Source of the DNA: Asterias rubens
Taxonomy: Eukaryota
NCBI RefSeq assembly: GCF_902459465.1
Contig: NC_047072.1
Location: 6,014,001 to 6,078,000 of the forward strand
Direction: 5' to 3'
DNA: 64,000 nucleotides
Translations under genes and position numbers: made by a program
Shown here: positions 21,101-33,087 of the stretch, one piece after another
How positions within the stretch are numbered: position 1 is the first letter of the stretch
Layout: every line of letters starts with the position of its first letter
The notes under the pieces: generated by a model
Database searches by the model: none
What the model saw: only the letters and a program-made list of their open reading frames with translations
Told to the model about the DNA's origin: nothing

Positions 21101-23346
21101 GGGCAAGGGCACCAAGGCATTTTCTCCTTGGTGTAGAAGAGCACCTTACCTGTAGTATGAGGAAATTGTACATTTCAACTGAGAGCATTTTAAGGACACC
21201 ATGGCTAGGGGCATTGACCAGGGGAAAGGAGGCAATCGCTTTAAGTGCCTCCGTTAAGTACCAGGCCAGCGAATTAGTGAATACAGGCCTAATACTTCAC
21301 GGAGGCAACAGAGGCGATTGCCTCCGTTGGCCCTTGCCATTGCCTTGGTGCCCTTGAAATGCTCCAGTAGAAATTTACATTTTCCTCATAGGGTGCCCTT
21401 TGCCAAAGAGACAATGCCTTGGTGCCCTTGCCCTTTCAAAAACGAAGCATACAGCCCTGTGAATGGATTCCATACCAGTGTATTTATGTCTCTTCAGAGC
21501 TCCTTTTGATTTGTCCTTTTCTGCGTTCAACTGCGGCAGGAGAAACTCTGCAGCGCCAGCGTCGACGAACGTGCTGCTTATTGCATCATCCTTAATGGCC
21601 CAAATCACCTCGCATCCCTCGATCTCGTAAACAAGCTCTGTCGCGATCCCTCCGTTACCGACGATCACCACCCGCTGGGCACCGACCATTCTCTTTTGGA
21701 ACTCTACCACACTCTCAGTGTCTCTGATACCCAAGACAAACGGATTGTTTTCGGCAATCTTCTTGGGTGTTCCGCCGGTGCATAAACACAGTTTGCTGTA
21801 TGGAACCTTTGTGCCGTCTGCAAGTGATAGATACTGATCGGTAACGTTCAGATCGGTGACAAATGAAGAGTGTAAGACGTGAACATTCTTGCAGCGAGAC
21901 TGCAGGCTTGTGGCTGGACGCTCTTCAACATCAAACTGCTCTAGTACTTTAGACACCTGTGCACAATAAAAGTGACGTGAGATACTTAGACAGTGGACAC
22001 TTTTGGTAATTGTCAAAGACCAGGTCTTCTCACTTGGTGTATGTCAACCTAGATGCACAAAATAACAAACCTGTGAAAATTTGTACCCAATTTGTTGTTG
22101 AAGTTGCGAGATAATAATAGAAGAAAAAACACCCTTATCGCATGAACTTGTGTGCTTTCAGATGCTTGATTTTGGGACCTTAAAATCTAATTCTGAGGTC
22201 TGGAACTCAAATTCGTGGAAAATTACTTCTTTCTCGAAAACTAAGTTACTTCAAAAGGAAGCAGTTTCTCACAATATTTTATACTATCAACAGCTCACCA
22301 TTGCTTAATATTACCAATTAAGTTTTTATGCTATAATCACTTTAAGTAACAACCAATAGTCTCCGCTGCCTTTAATAAGAAGGTTTGCCCTTACTTGTAG
22401 CTATTTTAGTGACTGGACAGCAGGACCGTCAGGCATCTGATTCGAAGTCCAATATTCAAATTAGTTAAAGATGTTGTTTTATCAGCTTGACTGATCCTTG
22501 TGTGTTTTAACTGGCATCTGGCCAGTGGGCCAGGGGAGAACACTAGTTCACTTTCAATGTCTTTCATTATTTACAATTGATTTTAGACAAAAGATTAGTG
22601 TTTTGAAACATAATTTGGGGTTGAATAAATTTACTGGGGATAAACTGCGACCTCCAGATTAACAGGCTTGTGCTCTAGTATACCAACTGCACTAACGACA
22701 CATAGCCCGAATGCTAATGGTCTCCCTATTTTATCAATACATGTATCTTTGGTATGGATTGCAGCAGTGCCCAATTTCATAGAGCTGCTTTAAAGCATTA
22801 AAAGTAGCTTACCAGAATAAAGTTGCCAGTCAAAATACCAGTGTCACATGAACAAACTGGGACTGGTATCCTATTTATTTTGGCTAAGCAGGACATTTTT
22901 AAGCATTTTCTGCTGCTCTATGAAATTGGTCCCTGGTCTGCATTTTTCATTTACAATGTAGAATAGGCCTACCAGGGCCCAATTTCATGGCTATGCTTAC
23001 CGCCGAATTCTGCGCCTAGTAACGTGGAGTGCGCATGCGCAGAAGCCTAAATTCGCCGCTAACCCATGAAATACGCTTGCCGTAAACACAGAATTCCCTG
23101 CTTCCGTAAGCGCCGATTCTGTGCTTGGGGTAAGCAGAGCCATGAAATTGGGCCCAGTACCTGTGTAAAGTTGGTGACTGCTTTGATGAGTGGTGAAGCA
23201 GTGATGAGAGTTATCTTCTCCTCAGGACATGATGACGACAACTGTTCAGCACACGTTACTCCAGCTATGCCTCCACCGACCACCACGTACCCACTAACGT
23301 GTTTCTCAGACTCTGACATGTTCGATGTGATCTCAGACTCGGCCAT
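18136..23346 (-). CDS. PYROXD1: Pyridine nucleotide-disulfide oxidoreductase domain 1 (~503 aa; exons 23346-23161, 21956-21476, 19853-19726, 18852-18136)
   Basis: [93 protein letters not shown] and the C-terminus [14 protein letters not shown] match recalled human PYROXD1. GT-AG introns, phases 0/1/0. Confidence 0.97.
19303..19533 (-). mobile_element. tRNA-derived SINE (same family as 9848-10083)
   Basis: Reverse complement carries ggtggtctag...ggttgtgagttcgaatcc and the same 3' body ending tgatgcaaattgacatct. Confidence 0.75.
19888..20105. repeat. Near-perfect tandem duplication of a 108-bp unit in PYROXD1 intron 2
   Basis: tattatcggtttcaaatgacgctatc...ggggtctacatg occurs twice, with about 2 substitutions. 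Confidence 0.9.
20124..20276. mobile_element. MITE, GGTCGATTTCAC family, with CTG target duplication
   Basis: ctg-gggtcgatttcac...gtgaaatccacta-ctg. Confidence 0.7.
21080..21460. repeat. Inverted pair of an interspersed repeat (aagggcaccaaggca / gaggcaatcgcc family)
   Basis: A forward copy at ~21080-21260 and a reverse copy at ~21290-21460. The same family occurs at ~17145-17300 and ~16130-16180. Confidence 0.7.
21986..22375 (+). mobile_element. TTAA-flanked TIR element, family 1
   Basis: ttagacagtggacact...agtctccgctgcctttaa, homologous to 53053-53431. Confidence 0.75.
22766..23157. mobile_element. Two MITEs of the GGCCCAATTTCAT family (22766-22935, 22973-23157) in PYROXD1 intron 1
   Basis: cag-ggcccaatttcatgg...ccatgaaattgggcc-cag gives a clean CAG TSD for the second copy. 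Confidence 0.75.
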
Positions 23347-24184
23347 AACTGACCGCTTTCCTGATTAATTTTTCTTTTGTGAAGATTTTCAGTGAGTTGT
23401 TCTAAATATGGAAGATTTTGGAATAGAAATGAAGCTATATAAGTACATGTTCATCTTTGATGAAGTCCTTGAGTAGGCGATTTCCCTTTGATGTAATCTG
23501 TGACATCACACATGTTTACAAAAAAGCCAGACAACCTGGACTTCCTGCAGGCACAATTTAAACACAATGTGTCAGTGCAATGTGTACTTTACAAGTTTAC
23601 TCTTCTCAAAAATAAGCCAGAGGATACAGATGAGATAGGAATTTAAAAATGTAAAAAAGGAAATCATGAGACCAAAGCCGGCCTCAGGTCGACCTTGCGT
23701 TACAAAAAACAGTCAGCGACTGACTTTTCAGGATCACACTGCACCTGAGCTACATAAGACCATCAGGAACTTTTCTGTCGGTAATTGATTATTAACTACC
23801 TGAGCACAACTGCGATGATTTTAAGACAATCTGAAATAGTCCTCGCTCTAAAAAATAAACAGTCGCAAAAGAAGAACAACTTTTACAGTCTTATCCAGCC
23901 ATTTTAAACTTTGCTTGATGCAGGGCAGGGTTATCAGTTGTGGTTGCACGACCTTGACCTCATTTTCCTTATTTTAAAATCTTATTATAAATGAATATGA
24001 TTAGATTTTATTTAGAGAGATATCTTCCAAGTAAACCAAGCAACAAGTAAAGTAAGTAATACTTATTTTTCCATGATCATGATAACTAGTAGGCCAAGTA
24101 GATGGATGTAGACAAACGTTTTTGCATGAATGAATTGAATGAAAATTAATTTATTGATTATTTAATTAATGATTAAAACATGGT

Positions 24185-24270
24185 ACTCCTACTAGAACTA
24201 TTTCGGTTTCGTCCGGCTATCGTCTCCAATAGCCGGACGAAACCGAAATAGTTCTAGGACTCAGGAGTAA
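24185..24270. mobile_element. Hairpin/palindromic mini-element
   Basis: ctagaactatttcggtttcgtccggctat...atagccggacgaaaccgaaatagttctag is a perfect stem of ~29 bp. Confidence 0.7.
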
Positions 24271-24292
24271 AAATATGGATGGTCATGTGGGA

Positions 24293-24847
24293 GGGTAGCC
24301 CCACTTATGTGGCCAAGGATAGCTGAATCCTTCCGGTCCTACTACTTGCCGTCAACTCGCCGACTTGCCGTCAACTCGCCGTCAACTCATTTTCGCGCCG
24401 TCAACTCATTAAATTTACATGAAAAATCTATAAAAAGGTCTGGGCTAAACTACATATTTCTCATGGTTTTCGGTACAAATTCATTCACAAAAATGACTTT
24501 GTGTTGATAAAAAAAAAGTACCAATCGTTGACATCTTGGGCCAAGACTAATCATTGTGAAAAAGCAAGACGGCGGTCGACAGTTTTTCGGCTTCCAGAAT
24601 TTTTTTTCACGAGAAAAAAACTCAATTTTTATTCCGAAATATGACCTAAAAACTTACGCGAATGCTCTTTGAGCTGATACTTTACAGTTCTATGCTTCTT
24701 TTGTGGATTTTAAATGTATATTGGAGGAGTTGATGGCGAGTTGACGGCGCAAGTGAGTTGACGGCAAGTTGACGGCAAGTAGTGTAGTAGTAGGACCCGA
24801 ATCCATCAGCTATCTTTGGCCATCACACAAGTGCCAGTGGGGCTAGT
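24293..24847. mobile_element. Nested MITEs: outer palindromic element (agccccact..gtggccaaggatagctgaatcc) interrupted by an element with (C/T)ACTACTTGCCGTCAAC TIRs and subterminal repeats
   Basis: An uninterrupted version of the outer element is at ~41843-41920. Inner ends are tactacttgccgtcaac and gttgacggcaagtagtg, with repeated ccgtcaactc units. Confidence 0.65.
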
Positions 24848-24969
24848 GGGAGGGAGGAAGAATTTTTTTGTAATAATTCATAATCATAGGCCTATACTAG
24901 AAAACGCCAACAAAACCTAGCTCATTTCTCGTTATGTTTTTAATCAGAATGCCCCAAAAGAATACTTAC

Positions 24970-25168
24970 CAGTGCATGTTAGATGTTTCGGTCCGGCAAT
25001 TGAGATAAAACTGTGATCGTGGTCATCGTTGTTATCGCAAAGTTTTTAGTAAACATTCTTTCAAAGTGTTGCGAAATCACACTTCCCTACATCGTGTGCG
25101 AAGACAGAACTAAAGAGGGCGCCCTACTAGTGTTGGTGACCTTTGACATCCTATTACATTTGTTCAGC
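24970..25168. promoter_or_regulatory. Putative bidirectional promoter shared by PYROXD1 and Ashwin
   Basis: Perfect minus-strand donor ACTG|GTAAGT at 24969, a candidate PYROXD1 5'UTR exon end with a matching acceptor near 23402, lies 200 bp from the Ashwin ATG (25169). A GAGGGCGCCCTACTAG motif at ~25115 resembles GCGCCCTCTAG upstream of IRAK1BP1 (~10736). Confidence 0.55.
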
Positions 25169-28100
25169 ATGGCATCGGGAGAAAACGAACCATCGACGTG
25201 TGTCGATATTTTACACCCAGAAATATTGAGTAAAGAGGACTTAATTGACGTGTTATCACAGGTAAAGTATTTTTATGAACTAAGGGGAATATATTTTGCT
25301 GACTTCAGAATTCAAAAGCCTCAACAACTGTACTGTGAAATTAGGAAATTCCATCACATCGCTGTTCTGTACACTGGATTTTAATTTTGCAAACAAAAAC
25401 ATCGGTACGGTAGACGTAGGGGGCGGTGTTCGATCATAACAAAAAACTTGCATTGCAAGAACATCTTCTTTTTGCATGGAAAAACATGTTATGTTAACAA
25501 ACATGACAAAATTAATTTGTTACCAAAAAAAATGTTTACTTTTGGGGATTCTGGAACATTGACATCTAGCCTAGCCAGGCTAAATAAAAAAATATTTTTT
25601 TTTTTTTTGGGGGGGGGATAAGTACAACTCTCCATTCTCCAGGTGGTTGCCATGGTTGCAGACTGGAGGGTTACAAGACAAAACCAGTATCGACATACAG
25701 CCTACAGGCAATTTAAACATTTTTTCAGAAAAGTGGGTGACCAGATTTTCAAAAGATTTTACAACAAAATTATGACACATTTATATTTAAAGAAGCACAG
25801 ATTTGATCTTAAACGTGTCAATGAATTAATTTATGACATTTTTTTAAAACATTGTGAAAATATTTGGCCAAAAAAATTCAAACAAAAACTTCACATTTCA
25901 ATTCAAGATGGCAGTTCACATACATTATGTCAGATTTGTTTTCAGCCACCAGACCTTAACTTTGGTGAACTGCACTGCTCCGCTCGAAAACACACTGATA
26001 CAACAAGTCTAACGCTACCAATGATTTTCCTACATGTTTACAGAAAAACATCAAACTTGACCGTCCAAATGCAACGAAAGAAGACCTTATTGAAATCTTC
26101 CATCGGACGGTCACGCCCCTCCCACAACGTCAGCCAAGACCTACCAGGCGAGGGCAGGCTATAGCAAGAGTACAGAATCGGCTTCAAGCTGAGCGTTGTA
26201 TGCGAGGTGACTTGAAAGAAGAACCCTCCAAGGGTACCGTCATGTATGGTTTTCAGAAAAGGTTTGTGATTTTATTAATTGCAATTTTTTTTACCAATTT
26301 GTTTTACTTTACATTGACTCCCAACATCGAAAGACAGACTTACAGGGCTTAAAGTTAACGTTACAGGCCCGAGGTTTTATTATACTATGAATAATGATGT
26401 TTCATAACTTTTCAGTCCTTCAAAATTTACTTTGATGGCTTTTAAATTTCTTTGAACCACCAGCAGTCAGAGGAGCTCATCTTTAGGAACGTCACATCAA
26501 ACAGCATCAAAACACGGACTGAGTCGGTTAAAACCTCCGCCAATTGTTATCAATAAACAAAAACAACGGACGATGTTACTTAACAAAAGTTCCTCCTCGC
26601 CCTCAAAGCAACCTGTGAATCCTGCATGCACCGAGGAGGAGGACAAACCAAAACCTGCTGCAAAGTCAAAAATCAACATTGAACACAAAAAGATCTTCCT
26701 TAGTCGTTCACCTGTGCCATCTTCGAACTCAAAGTCCCCACCCACACTGAGTCCCACTTCGGTGATCAGACGGGACTTCACAACAAAAATCAAACTCGGT
26801 TCAAGTCCTCGTTCAAAGATTCCAGGAGTTGCAGACAAGATTGAGAAGATATCGTTGATGTCGCCAGGAACAGTTGGAAGCTCTGTAGCCAAAAAGACTG
26901 CTTTGAAAAGGACGGCAACAAAACTGAATGGACAGGTACTAATTTAATATTATTTTTACAAAAGAAGTATGCATTGAAAGGTTTTGCCATTATTGGATCA
27001 AAGGTTCATTTTTTTTAATCTCAATAAATGTAGATCTATGTTGCTAATACATGTACATCCGATTTTAATAAGATTTCTCTCCTAAGCTAAATTGGCAACA
27101 ATGGGCAACGCTTAAAGGAACATGTTGCCTTGGATCGAGTTGGTCTTTGAAAAGCGTTTGTAACCGCTTGTTATAAAATGCATGGTTAGAAAGATGTTTT
27201 AAAAGTATAATACAATGATCCGCACAAATATGCCTCAAAGTTGTGTGGTTTTCCTTTTACCTCGTCGACTAATGGCCGACCGTGTTAGTTCGCAAAGCAA
27301 AGGAAAACCACGCAATTTCAAGACATATTTGTGTGGATCATTGTGTTCTACTTTTAAAACATCTTTCCAACCTTATGCATTTTATAACAAACGGTTACAA
27401 ACGCTTTTTATACTGCCAACTCGTCCGATCCAAGGCAACGTGTTCCTTTAACTGCTTCTTATACCCTAGACTGGTACCGTGTATCCTTGCTTAGGATAAA
27501 GACACGAACATGTACTTGCTTTTCAGAACCAGTGATTTCATTGGATACAATGATTTCTTTGGATACACATGCACTGACATAAGCTTTCAGTGTTTTGATT
27601 GGTCCGATGTGATGTTTGGCAGCTGCACTCGCTGTCGTCTGCATATATGAATGTAGGTGAAAGGTGATTATGGACGGGGATTGACCTAGGCTAGGGGCCA
27701 CTCTCTGGTGTTATTCACGAGCCTAGAAGTGTGATGTCAGATGTTCAGGCTACCTTTATACCCTTTCTTGATCGTCATAGAGAGGGGGGGTGTACTAGTT
27801 GGTTATAAATGTTGTCTTTGTTGAGAGTGTTCTCCCCCTTGGGTCTGATCCATATGACCTCCCTTAGCCATTGTCAGGTTCTCTTTCAAATACCATGGTA
27901 TTGTCTTGTTTTGGTGTGGTTGTTGGCTGCAAATGCAATATGGTCATTAGTAGGGAGTGAGTAGACTGGGTGTACTGCCATGACTGCTACATGTAGGTAA
28001 ATTTTCAAATTTGTCATACGTGTATTTGGATTTAAAAAAAGAAACTTTATAGGCCTAATCCATGATTTGCCAACATTACACACTAATTTATTAAAACTTT

Positions 28101-28419
28101 AAAAGGGAAAGAAGACCTTTGTTTTTGGAATAATTCAGCGCTTTTAATCCTGTACAAATGAAGATTACAATTGATAAAAACTAAATTTAATTTCAAAAAC
28201 AGGCACTTTTTAGATATGGACGAAAATCCGGAGCAGTAATGTCCTCGCTGGAGGAATAACCCGTAAGTTTAAACAGTTTAAGTTAATTCTTACATGTAAC
28301 TTCTGGTGGTATTTTTACAGGGTAGTGATTCGGGTTCATCAGAGGTCAAAGTCTCGCCCCAATCCTCTGAAGATGACGGTTCACCAAAGAAGAAATTCTC
28401 CAGGATTTCCTGGCCATGA
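25169..28419 (+). CDS. C2orf49: Ashwin, tRNA ligase complex subunit (~293 aa; exons 25169-25261, 26044-26261, 26464(or 26467)-26935, 28321-28419)
   Basis: ILHPEILSKEDLIDVLSQ|KNIKLD...TPLPQR...RRG, RLKPPP and the C-terminus KKKFSRISWP* match recalled human [21 protein letters not shown]...IPLPQR...RWG, RLKPPP and KRKIQHVTWP*. Splice phases 0/2/0 are consistent. Confidence 0.9.
27112..27451. mobile_element. TTAA-flanked TIR element, family 2
   Basis: ttaa-aggaacatgttgccttggatcg...cgatccaaggcaacgtgttcct-ttaa. Another copy starts at ~63780 and is cut by the window end; a fragment lies at ~19020-19090. Confidence 0.75.
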
Positions 28420-30714
28420 ACAAAAGGAAGGTCGAGAGTAATTGATGGCTGTGTTTGCCCATGGTTGATGAACTGAGTGAGGCGGTAACAATTCAATTTT
28501 GTGATTAGATCCTAATTTACGCAGTTTTCAAACAAACGATAATGTAGCATTTGCAACAACTTTCGCTGGTTCCATCAACACATTCAAATTGTGAGTTCTT
28601 GCTTGATACATAGATCTACAAGTTGCATGGCCCAATTTTTCACTGAAGTTAACAAATTTGTTATACACTTTTTTTTTTTCTGAATGAACAAATTTGGGCA
28701 GATGATGCTGTTTCAAAATGAAAAACATACAATAAATTTTGCCTTTATGGCCACTGACAATGCACAAATTAAATGTAACAAGCATGGACGTGAGATAATT
28801 TTGGTTTCTTAGTCTACCACTTATCATTGTTTACTTTTTTTGTGCAATACCTAAAAATGAAAGACCTGTTATAACCTTTCTGATATCTGTACTTAAATAG
28901 ATGGCTGTTTTAAATTTTAATCTGAAGTTTCTGGTCAAATCGGTAAAAAATTTCACCTAGCATCTCTTTTTTATGACACAACCGAACCAATTTTTATTTG
29001 TACTGTACAGTATAAACTGTTTTTCTAAATCTCCACAAAATTTGAACAAAAATGTGTGGGTCAAATCGGTAAAAGATCAGACCTACATACCATAGTACAT
29101 GTAGCATCTCTAATGACATAAATGCAAATGTTTTGATTGGTATTTCTGTTTTGCCTAATCTTATAGCTTTAGGCTGTATGGTCGAAGAGATAGAAATAAT
29201 AATGACTTTTTTGCTAGCGCTCATTACTATCACCATTTAGTTTTCTCCTGCGAGTACATGTGGTGCTACGTTTAAAGTATGATACCTACTCCTTTTACAT
29301 ACATTATGTAACACTTGTGTAATGGTTTACAAGGTGCTATGGCGCAATAGGCAGCCAATCAAACAAGGAACACACTGGAGGAAACCTCTTCTCTTTTCGA
29401 TATTAGGTGTGTATTGGGTTCTGTTACGTGCATTACATAACACATCAGGGTTGAAAGGTAGAGAATTAATGAAAACCAAATTATATTGCATGCTTCTGGT
29501 GTTTGCAATAAGAGACTGCTCACTGCTGTTTTAAATTATTTCTCATTATTTCAATCTCTGTCTTTTCTATTGTGTTTTTACAAGAAGAAGCAAAGTCAAG
29601 CGAAGCCTGGAAACCTAAATTGTTATCAGTCACTAGTTAGCTCATTTGCATGCATCAGGAATTCTTTTTTTCCCCACTACATGTACACTTGTCTATTTCA
29701 GATTGTGCCTGTGTTAAAAGGTGGCTGCAGTGTTTTTTTTTAAATAATTTAAACGATTAAACATGACTTTTTAAACCTGAAATATTTTTTTTTAATTTTT
29801 ATCAAAATGCGCAAGTATTTAAAAAATGGTTTTCAAGAGATTAGGGGAACCCACTCGCCCCTAAAAGGGAGCCTTTATTTGCATAAACGTGACGTCATGT
29901 CGGTAACCTGAGGCGTCGGGGCCCCCTGGCTGTGTCCACATAGAGACGTGTGTACTGTGTGGCCTGGTACCTAGGCGCGTGTAGTTAAGGACCAGACTCT
30001 TTTTGCCGACGATATGTTTGAATTCCCGATGTGACGTCGATGGTAGGGGGGCGGTAACATTCCACAAAAGGGGTGGCATGACTTATTCGCTAATTACATA
30101 AGTGAGATATGTCGGGGAAAAAACAAAACACATTTTATTTATGTTCAATACATATATCAGAAATAAATGACAGCAAAATTAACTGTTTTATCTTAATTCA
30201 CTGCAGCATCCCTTTAAGATGCACATTTCTTTGGCCACAATACCGAAGTGCGTCGACGCCATGTTTCTGGGAGTGTATGTGTGTATGACATGTGGATCTC
30301 GGATCCCACACACACAGGTCGCACAGCGCGTAATCCAGTCGTTATGGAAACGCCCTGTGGTCACCTTAACGACGTCACCGCTTCACTTGCAAATAGTGTT
30401 TGTCCAGTGCCTTTAAAAAGCAAGAAGCTGCATATCTCAAAAACTAATTTCAACTCTCATTTTTTTGTTCACCCTCCATTCCTCCAATACTCAACAGTGT
30501 GACAAGTTACTCCTTTTTTGTAAGTTAGTTGATCACAATTAAACTGTACAATCACAAGTAAAATGTCAAGCGATATTTATGTGAATCCTTGTTCTAGTTC
30601 TATCCAACCATTCATTTAAAAACAAATGTTTTTCACAGGCCAAAGCGCCCAATACAAAGGCAGTGTACCCCTGTAAAGGGTCTAGCTACTCTTTGTAGGG
30701 CAAAAAGCACATTG

Positions 30715-31014
30715 TCAACCTTACACAGTTTGAAGATAATGATAGTAGAAAGCTTCTGAGAAAGTTTTTGAGAAATTAGTTATACGATGTCATGCAAATA
30801 ATGTTTGTATCAGTGATCATGAGACAAAAATTATTTTAGCATGTAAAAACGTATTTGCATGACATTGTTTTACTCATTTCTAAAAAACTACAGCACCTCA
30901 GCAACTTATATTTTAAGCAACGCTTTCTACTATCATTATCTTCAAACTGTGTAAGTTTAATGTAAATCTGTGGACATTGTGTTTTGTGTTACAAAAAGTA
31001 CCCAAATCCTTTAA
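30715..31014. mobile_element. Interspersed repeat family 3 (TTAA-AGGATTTGGGTACT end)
   Basis: Homologous blocks at ~43880-44115, ~50900-51280 and ~55785-56095, with internal inverted structure. Confidence 0.65.
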
Positions 31015-32217
31015 GTTGGATCATTATCAACAACAAAAAGTAGCTAACAAAAATAAATTATAACTTCTATTTTGGGGTTCTTTGTATCTTATATTTTTTG
31101 GTTTCTTTGGATTTGTTGTTTTGCTGATGGTTTTTTAGAATTAACATGTGGTCTTACTTTGCCATTTGACATGGCATGCCTGTCAGAATCATGAGTGTGT
31201 AATTAACAATTGGATTATTATACAAAACCAAAATAATTCTAATTTGTATTTTAGTTTAAATAAAGGAATGATCTTCCCTATTTTATTTATTTAATCTTTT
31301 CTTGTTCATCCGATTATGTCTTTTGGGTCAAACCTTCACACATTGCAAAAACTGAGATGTTAAATTTGAAACCATGGGTGTTGTCAAAGATAGATACCAA
31401 AAACAGAATCTAAATTAACATTATAAGCCAGATTCATACTTCCTGCGAAAGCTGCGAATGCGATACAAATTTTGTTGTCACAATTTGCAACAAATAATTT
31501 GCATCAGTTGACTTGTGCTGAAGCCAAAAGTCTGAACCGGGCTTCAGTGTGCTAAAACAACACCAATGTTATTGTTTTTGCAGATGTTAGTGCTATTTTA
31601 ACACCATACTATATTGTGTGACTGTTGATTTTCTCTTATGTATTTGTCACAACACCCATTTTGATGTCCGATGTCCCTGCTGGATGGGTGTACAATGTTT
31701 GTATTGTGGTGGTTACTTCTTGGGTTAAACATCCCAAGTTAGACCTGTACGTGGCTGGGGTAAATAGGGCCAATAATTGCTACATGATAAAACTCTAGTC
31801 ACAGACTTGATCACAAAAACTTCTTAAATGTTTGCACACCCGTTTAAAGGAATTGTGTATGTCGTGAGCAATATAGAGTAATTAATCATAGTGGAATAGA
31901 CCTTTTGAAAATACTTGGTATGGCGTGTTAGGCGTGGAATGAGGCGCATGCTGGTCTGCTAGACCAGCATGCGCCTCATTTCACAGTTAGCGCTTTCGCA
32001 ATGGGTGTTTGCGAAAAGGTCTGTGGCAATGAAAAATGTATTTAGTGATCGCGACTAAAAACCTGCCAAAGATACATGTCCATGGTTTTGTTTACCCTCT
32101 TCTAGCCAGATTCGAACACTGTCGTGTCGCATTACAGGGGATCCAGTTTGGGTTGCTAATTTCAGTTTGAGCTTTCTGCCTCCCTAGTCGACAGTCTGAC
32201 CGGACAGGACAGCACAA

Positions 32218-32418
32218 CAGGTCCCAATTTCATAAAGCCTGTTAGCACACAAAAACTTGCTAAGCACAGAAAAGTATTGCTTAACAGAAAGAGGTTACCA
32301 TCCAAAATGACATTAAGTTTGCAATATTGTGACTGGTGCACCGCTCATTTTTTGCTTAGCAAAGAAATTTATCCAGCAGTATTTTCTGCTATTAGCAGCT
32401 TTATGAAATTGGGCCCAG
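32218..32418. mobile_element. MITE, GGCCCAATTTCAT family
   Basis: cag-gtcccaatttcat...atgaaattgggcc-cag. Confidence 0.7.
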
Positions 32419-32959
32419 TATCTAGGCCTAAAGATAAACAAATGCAAGAATCAGCCTCCATTGGGAAAACGCCAATATGCTAAAAATTAATCTAGGCATT
32501 GTTAAGTAATGCTTTGCTAAATACTGTTCTCATCAACATTTCTACTGTTCTTCAAAGCTAACACTTGCAGTGAGTTTCCTTCTATAAAACTCTAAGGTAC
32601 AAAATAATTTTGTTTCAAAATGTTTTTCCCAAATTAAAAAATACTCTTTTATTTCATTATAAACTATGATAATTCAGTCAGATGCATTGCACTCTGTACA
32701 TTAAATTTAATTTTGAATTAGCTGATGCAAACTGCTTACAATGTATACCAATCAAAAGGCCTTATGGTATACATTAAAACAAAGTTTGACCCTAGAAGAG
32801 TCTTTAGAAAAATTAAATTGTTTAATTTGATCAATATTATTTATTAAGACCAACATGCGTAGCATATTCTGCTCATACTTTTCCGAAGGCGCTATGGGAA
32901 TGAAAATAGTGCTTTAGTTACTTTAGAGGGATCCTTACATGATTTAAAGGCACTGAACT

Positions 32960-33087
32960 AGACTTGTGGACAAGTCGTTAATGGCCCCACGCGATGAGAT
33001 AGTCGAGTTGTGGCAGTGCTCTATCGCGAACTGCTGCTCCACTGGACTATCTCATCGCAGTGGACCGTTAATGACTTGTCCACAAGC
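32960..33087. mobile_element. Palindromic mini-element
   Basis: cttgtggacaagtcgttaatgg...gcgatgagatagtc...gactatctcatcgc...ccgttaatgacttgtccacaag. Confidence 0.6.

Noticed and set aside
25643-26164. 173-aa ORF as a separate gene
   Set aside because: It is Ashwin intron 1 plus exon 2 read in the wrong frame.
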